Of a stretch of 30,015 nucleotides of DNA, positions 25,938-30,015 are shown piece after piece. Source of the stretch: Armatimonadota bacterium (lineage in GTDB: Bacteria; Armatimonadota; Armatimonadia; Armatimonadales; Armatimonadaceae); the NCBI GenBank assembly GCA_030833025.1, contig JAURHZ010000001.1, positions 1-30,015 of the forward strand, written 5' to 3'. Made by a program: the position numbers and the translations under genes. Positions within the stretch are counted from its first letter, which is position 1. Each line of letters opens with the position of its first letter. Below the pieces are notes generated by a model, which saw only the letters and a list, made by a program, of their open reading frames with translations, had not been told where the DNA came from and searched no databases.

Positions 25938-26768
25938 ATGCCAGACTGGTTTAAACGTAGTAAGTCACCTGAAGTACCAGAGGGTGCATTTGTAAAATGT
26001 ACGGGCTGTAATGCCATCCTGGTCACCAAGGATTTTGAGCGCGACAACAAAGTGTGCCCTCGCTGTGGTCACCACCACCCCTTGTCAGCCGATGAGCGTA
26101 TTGCCATGCTTGCCGACGAGGATTCTTTTGAAGAATTTGGCAACGACATCTCTGCCACGGACCCGCTTGCCTTCCCCGGATATGCGCAAAAACTCACCAC
26201 CGGGCATGCGGATGAATCTGGGCGCAACGATGGCCTTGTCACAGGCCGGGCATCGATTAGCTCACGTCCTGTAGTGCTCGCTATTTCTGACTTTCAATGG
26301 GGACGCCTTGCAGGCACCATGGGCTCGGTCTTCGGCGAAAAGTTTGCTATAGCTACTGACATTGCTCTGGAAGAAAATCGACCGCTGATCACGTTCTGCG
26401 CGAGTGGTGGCGCTCGTATGCAAGAAGGGCTTGTCTCCCTGATGCAAATGGCTAAGACAAGCCATGCAGTTGCAAAGCTACGGGCAACTAACATCCCATA
26501 CATTGTCGTCCTAACACACCCAAGTACTGGTGGAGCTGTTGCAAGTTATGCATCGCTTGGTGATGTTATCTTTGCCGAGCCAGGTGCAACGGTAGCGCTC
26601 TCAGGTGAGCGGGTGGCAGCGCAGGCGCAAACCCAGAAAGTTCCAGCGAACTACCGCACGGCGGAATTTGCTCTCGAGCACGGGATGATTGATCGAGTCG
26701 TACACCGACGTGACATCCAGTCGTACATCGCCCGCACACTGCTGTTCATGCAGTCGCCATCCAAGTAG
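25938..26768 (+). CDS. accD: Acetyl-CoA carboxylase carboxyltransferase beta subunit
   Basis: Zinc finger CTGC...CPRC, GTMGSVFGEK, SGGARMQEG..SLMQMAKT, STGG..AS.A.LGD....EPGA, AEFALEHGMID. Confidence 0.96.
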   Translation: MPDWFKRSKSPEVPEGAFVKCTGCNAILVTKDFERDNKVCPRCGHHHPLSADERIAMLADEDSFEEFGNDISATDPLAFPGYAQKLTTGHADESGRNDGLVTGRASISSRPVVLAISDFQWGRLAGTMGSVFGEKFAIATDIALEENRPLITFCASGGARMQEGLVSLMQMAKTSHAVAKLRATNIPYIVVLTHPSTGGAVASYASLGDVIFAEPGATVALSGERVAAQAQTQKVPANYRTAEFALEHGMIDRVVHRRDIQSYIARTLLFMQSPSK

Positions 26769-26776
26769 GACAAACC

Positions 26777-27766
26777 ATGGAAGATATGACCATCATCGAG
26801 TTTGAAACCTTCCTGGTTGAACTTGATAAAAACATCGCGAAGTTGAAATCTGTCGCTTCTCGTGAGGGCGATACGGCAGCATCCAATGAAGCCAAGCAGC
26901 TCACCAAGGAGCGTGCACAGCTCGTTGAGAAGTTCTTCCGCAAGCTGACCGCTTGGGACAAAGTTCTCCTTGCACGGCACAAGGACCGCCCATACACATT
27001 GGATTATGTTGCGGCGCTCTGTGATGACTTCCTCGAGCTGCATGGTGATCGTGCCTTCGGCGATGATGGAGCAGTCGTTGGTGGATTTGCCCGGATGTCC
27101 GGTCGTTCCCTCATGCTGATAGGACAACAAAAGGGCCGCGATCTCAAGGAACGCCAACGCAGAAACTTCGGCTACATGAAGCCTGAAGGATACCGTAAGG
27201 CCCTTCGCCTAATGGAAATGGCCGAGCGCTTTAGCCGACCAGTCCTGACCTTCATCGATACGCCAGGCGCAGACCCGAATGTCCCCTCTGAGCAGCGTGG
27301 TATCAGCGAAGCCATCGCACGAAATCTTCGCGAGATGAGCGTATTGAAGACGCCTACCGTTGCTGTCGTTGTGGGTGAAGGCGGGTCAGGTGGAGCGCTC
27401 GGGCTTGCAGTTGCCGATCGTGTCCTGATGCTAGAACACAGCTTTTACTCAGTTATTGCGCCGGAAGGATGCGCATCGATTCTCTACCGCGATGCAACCC
27501 GTGGTGCGGATGCGGCCAAAGCGATGCGTGTCACCGCTCAGGATGCTCTTGAGCTGGGGCTTATCGATGAAATTATTCCTGAGCCACTTGGCGGTGCACA
27601 CCTTGATATCGCAACAACTGCTGAAAACCTTGAAAAGGTAGTGACCAAGCACTTGGATGTTCTGGCTGGTCTGTCTGTGGATGACCTAATAGATCAGCGT
27701 GCAAAACGTCTTCGAGCCCTCGGAAAATTCGAAAACAGCGTTGAACGCTGGAGAACTGCTGGTTAA
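26777..27766 (+). CDS. accA: Acetyl-CoA carboxylase carboxyltransferase alpha subunit
   Basis: LARHKDRPYTLDY, ELHGDRAFGDD, PEGYRKALRLMEMAERF, FIDTPGA, GEGGSGGAL, SVIAPEGCASIL, IPEPLGGAH. Confidence 0.97.
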   Translation: MEDMTIIEFETFLVELDKNIAKLKSVASREGDTAASNEAKQLTKERAQLVEKFFRKLTAWDKVLLARHKDRPYTLDYVAALCDDFLELHGDRAFGDDGAVVGGFARMSGRSLMLIGQQKGRDLKERQRRNFGYMKPEGYRKALRLMEMAERFSRPVLTFIDTPGADPNVPSEQRGISEAIARNLREMSVLKTPTVAVVVGEGGSGGALGLAVADRVLMLEHSFYSVIAPEGCASILYRDATRGADAAKAMRVTAQDALELGLIDEIIPEPLGGAHLDIATTAENLEKVVTKHLDVLAGLSVDDLIDQRAKRLRALGKFENSVERWRTAG

Positions 27767-27777
27767 ATCCCGAAATC

Positions 27778-27807
27778 TTGACTAGGTTCCTCTTAGGAAT
27801 GTAGAAT
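27778..27807 (+). promoter_or_regulatory. Sigma70-type promoter for infC
   Basis: TTGACT (27778-27783), 18-nt spacer, TAGAAT (27802-27807). Confidence 0.72.
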
Positions 27808-27814
27808 GCAACGT

Positions 27815-27867
27815 CGTCGGATTGTGAGAATCCCATTGCACAGTACCGGATAAGCCGGTTTCCGACG
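27815..27867 (+). promoter_or_regulatory. Structured 5' leader of infC (candidate cis-regulatory RNA)
   Basis: CGTCGGA (27815-27821) pairs with TCCGACG (27861-27867) and encloses the hairpin ACCGG-ATAAG-CCGGT (27845-27859). The structure ends just before the AGGAGG SD. Confidence 0.4.
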
Positions 27868-27880
27868 CAGGAGGCAACGT

Positions 27881-28615
27881 ATCAATAACCGTGATCCACG
27901 CGGATTTTTCCGCGAACGTGACTTAGGTCCACGCATCAATGAGCGCATTCGTGTGCGTGAAATCCGTGTCGTCGATGCAGACGGCAACCAAATGGGTGTT
28001 ATGACACCCCGTGAGGCACTGGACATCGCACGTGAGCGAGGACTGGACCTTATTGAGGTTGCAGCGAATGCAGTGCCGCCAGTTTGCCGGATTATGGATT
28101 ACGGCAAGTTCAAGTACGAGCAAGGCAAGCGTGACCGTGACAATGCGAAAAAGCAACGTCAATCGGAAATGAAGGCCATCACGCTTCGACCTGTAACCGA
28201 TACGCATGACCTTAACATCAAGATTCGAAACATCCTCAAGTTTTTGGGTGGTGGCGATAAGGTCAAGGTAACGGTTCGATTCAAGTCACGTGAGCTTTCA
28301 CACCCTGAATTTGCACTCGAAAACCTTCGAAAAATCACGGAAGCAGTCATCGCTGATGGCATGGGACTCCTTGAGCGAGAACCATTGACCGAAGGCAAGC
28401 AAATGATTATGATCCTTGCGCCAAGCCGTGAAGCCATCCGCAAGGCAACCATCGAACGTGAACGCCAAGCAGCTGAAAAGGCTGCACGTGCTGAGCGACG
28501 TGGCACACCTGATGCCGATGGCAACTATCCTGATGCGGATGAAGACGACGAAGATGAAGAAATCGACGACGACGACACCGATGAGGATGATGACGAGGAT
28601 GACGACGAAGCGTAG
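27881..28615 (+). CDS. infC: Translation initiation factor IF-3, with non-canonical ATC start and long acidic C-terminal extension
   Basis: AGGAGG (27869-27874), 6 nt, then ATC in frame with the computed ORF. This restores the conserved RINERIRVREIRVV. Also LDLIEVA, PPVCRIMDYGKFKYE, FLGGGDKVKVTVRFKSRE. Confidence 0.95.
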   Translation: MNNRDPRGFFRERDLGPRINERIRVREIRVVDADGNQMGVMTPREALDIARERGLDLIEVAANAVPPVCRIMDYGKFKYEQGKRDRDNAKKQRQSEMKAITLRPVTDTHDLNIKIRNILKFLGGGDKVKVTVRFKSRELSHPEFALENLRKITEAVIADGMGLLEREPLTEGKQMIMILAPSREAIRKATIERERQAAEKAARAERRGTPDADGNYPDADEDDEDEEIDDDDTDEDDDEDDDEA

Positions 28616-28642
28616 TCGTTGTTCTAACTACTGATTTGATTG

Positions 28643-28673
28643 GGCCCTGCGACATCGTGGGGCCTTTTCGTTT
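28643..28673 (+). terminator. Intrinsic terminator after infC
   Basis: GGCCCTGCG-ACAT-CGTGGGGCC (9 bp with two G-U pairs) followed by TTTTCGTTT. Confidence 0.75.
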
Positions 28674-28695
28674 ACCCCACCATATTGGGACGCCT

Positions 28696-29913
28696 CTATG
28701 AAACATCTCTATCGGCGATAACCCAACCTGCCCCAGCCATCAAACATAAGGCACCGAGGCCGTACCAGACCGATGCCCACCCCTGTGCACCGACAAGCTC
28801 GGCAATTCCCCTTCCAGCGAGGATTCCGGCAACGGATCCGACTCCATCGATGACACTGGTGGTGGATGCGACGTTTGTTCGTCCTCCAATGCTTACCGCG
28901 ACTTCACCAAGAAGCGTTGCATAGGCTCCCCCTAAGGTCACTCCGATCACCACTAGCCACGTTAGCATCAGGAGGAGAGAGTTCCCCACAAGTGGCATTG
29001 AAATCAGCGCAACCGCGGCAACGAACAAAAAGATCGTAAACCCCCTCGGACGCTTAACATCTGGAATTCGGTAGTAAACCTTTCCCAAATACAGCGTTCC
29101 AGCTGCGGCACCAAGTGGAATCATCGCGCTGACAACAGATGCACCTCCCGCATTCAAAAGGTTTGTGCTTACAAGGTAAGTTGGCATCCACTCCAACAGG
29201 GCTTCACGCGTAAGGCTTAGGGCGATACTGAGACCAAGCGCACCGAAAAAGGCTTTCTGCCTCCAAGGAGAAGCTTTTGGCTGTTCAGCATCGTTGGTTA
29301 CAACGTTATCGATGAAGTCGTGCTCGGTTCTTACCCTCCTCAACAATGATAGAAGAGCGACCATACAAATGGACACGATCACACTTGCCGCGATAAAGTT
29401 CCACCGCCACGGGATTCCGATGCTAATCAGCGCGCCGTGGGAAAATCTTGCAGCTGCATCGCCAAGAATCCAGCTCATCGAACAATATCCCAGAATACGG
29501 TTTCGATTGGCCACAGATTCCGATGAAGCAACCCACTTGGACAATGCAGGCCATCCAAGTGTCTGTGCAGCACGATGCGCTACAGACCCCAAAAACCAGC
29601 TTACATAGCCTCCACTTGCAACACAAATGGTTGTGACTGCGACCAGTAATCCGCCAATCAAGAATGGTTTTGCTGGGCGTTCTCTATCAATCCATTTACC
29701 AACGGTTAGTTTGCAAACGCCTGCTGCTAGCATCCCGCATGACACGATATTCCCTACCATCCGAAGCGCATCGGAGTTCGATACGCCACCCGCTTCAAGC
29801 TCGCCAAGCCAAATCGGCCGAACAACACTTAGGCCAACGCGGCAAAGGTAGAACGTGAAGTAGCCAATCGCAAATGCGAATGTGATGACACGCGGATGCA
29901 GATCCTTGCGCAA
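28696..29913 (-). CDS. MFS transporter, OPA (GlpT/UhpC/organophosphate:Pi antiporter)-like
   Basis: FAIGYFTFYLCRVGLS (TM1 Y..R pattern), GKWIDRERP, GWPA.SKWV, W..S...G, about 12 TM segments, IDGVGSVAGILAG. The TTG start is uncertain. Confidence 0.75.
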   Translation of the reverse strand: MRKDLHPRVITFAFAIGYFTFYLCRVGLSVVRPIWLGELEAGGVSNSDALRMVGNIVSCGMLAAGVCKLTVGKWIDRERPAKPFLIGGLLVAVTTICVASGGYVSWFLGSVAHRAAQTLGWPALSKWVASSESVANRNRILGYCSMSWILGDAAARFSHGALISIGIPWRWNFIAASVIVSICMVALLSLLRRVRTEHDFIDNVVTNDAEQPKASPWRQKAFFGALGLSIALSLTREALLEWMPTYLVSTNLLNAGGASVVSAMIPLGAAAGTLYLGKVYYRIPDVKRPRGFTIFLFVAAVALISMPLVGNSLLLMLTWLVVIGVTLGGAYATLLGEVAVSIGGRTNVASTTSVIDGVGSVAGILAGRGIAELVGAQGWASVWYGLGALCLMAGAGWVIADRDVS

Positions 29914-29918
29914 AGGAA

Positions 29919-30015
29919 CTAGTCGGTTACAAGTGCGGGAACATGGGTGATGTTAGGAACAATATGCGTTGGCAAGTACGGAGCAAGCTGATCAAGCGTA
30001 TGCGAACCTTCCGTG
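29919..30015 (-). CDS. 3' end of a probable HAD-family hydrolase (phosphonatase/phosphoglycolate-phosphatase-like), cut by the window edge
   Basis: Manual translation ...TEGSHTLDQLAPYLPTHIVPNITHVPALVTD*, which resembles HAD C-termini (TG.H...L....PTHI......LP.L). The stop TAG lies 5 nt before the MFS start. Only 31 residues are visible. Confidence 0.45.
   Translation of the reverse strand, partial: TEGSHTLDQLAPYLPTHIVPNITHVPALVTD

Noticed and set aside
28532-28612. GAY/GAR-rich tract as a microsatellite or contingency repeat
   Set aside because: Codons are mixed (GAT, GAC, GAA, GAG) with no long perfect unit. It reflects the protein-level acidic tail, which is reported as a finding.
1-30015. 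CRISPR arrays, tRNA/rRNA genes, IS elements, prophage or defence genes
   Set aside because: No regularly spaced repeats, cloverleaf or rRNA-like segments, transposase/integrase motifs or terminal inverted repeats were seen, and intergenic gaps are all short.

Overview
A gene-dense bacterial chromosomal segment. I found no CRISPR array, rRNA, tRNA, transposase or integrase by eye. From left to right: (1) a minus-strand housekeeping run recG-coaD-(SepIVA/DivIVA-like coiled coil)-yceD/DUF177-rpmF-plsX, with plsX cut by the window edge; (2) plus-strand genes for an S9B peptidase, an SRPBCC protein, a PQQ-type beta-propeller/Ig-like secreted protein, dprA and a 64-aa basic small protein; (3) a roughly 10.8 kb minus-strand Planctomycete-style cluster: cytochrome c-DUF1549-discoidin-DUF1553 (split by one frameshift), DUF1501, Tat-exported Gfo/Idh/MocA oxidoreductase, DUF6807/PmoA-family protein, MFS transporter, TIM-barrel epimerase and alpha/beta esterase; it faces a divergent pair encoding an uncharacterised propeller plus helical-barrel protein and a BNR/sialidase-fold protein; (4) pheA, accD-accA and a stand-alone infC with an ATC start, a structured leader and a 63-aa C-terminal extension ending in a poly-acidic tract; (5) an OPA-like MFS transporter and the 3' end of a probable HAD hydrolase. 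The mix of Terrabacteria-type core gene order and Planctomycete-type accessory genes suggests Armatimonadota, which is inference only. All family assignments come from motif recognition; no database search was run.
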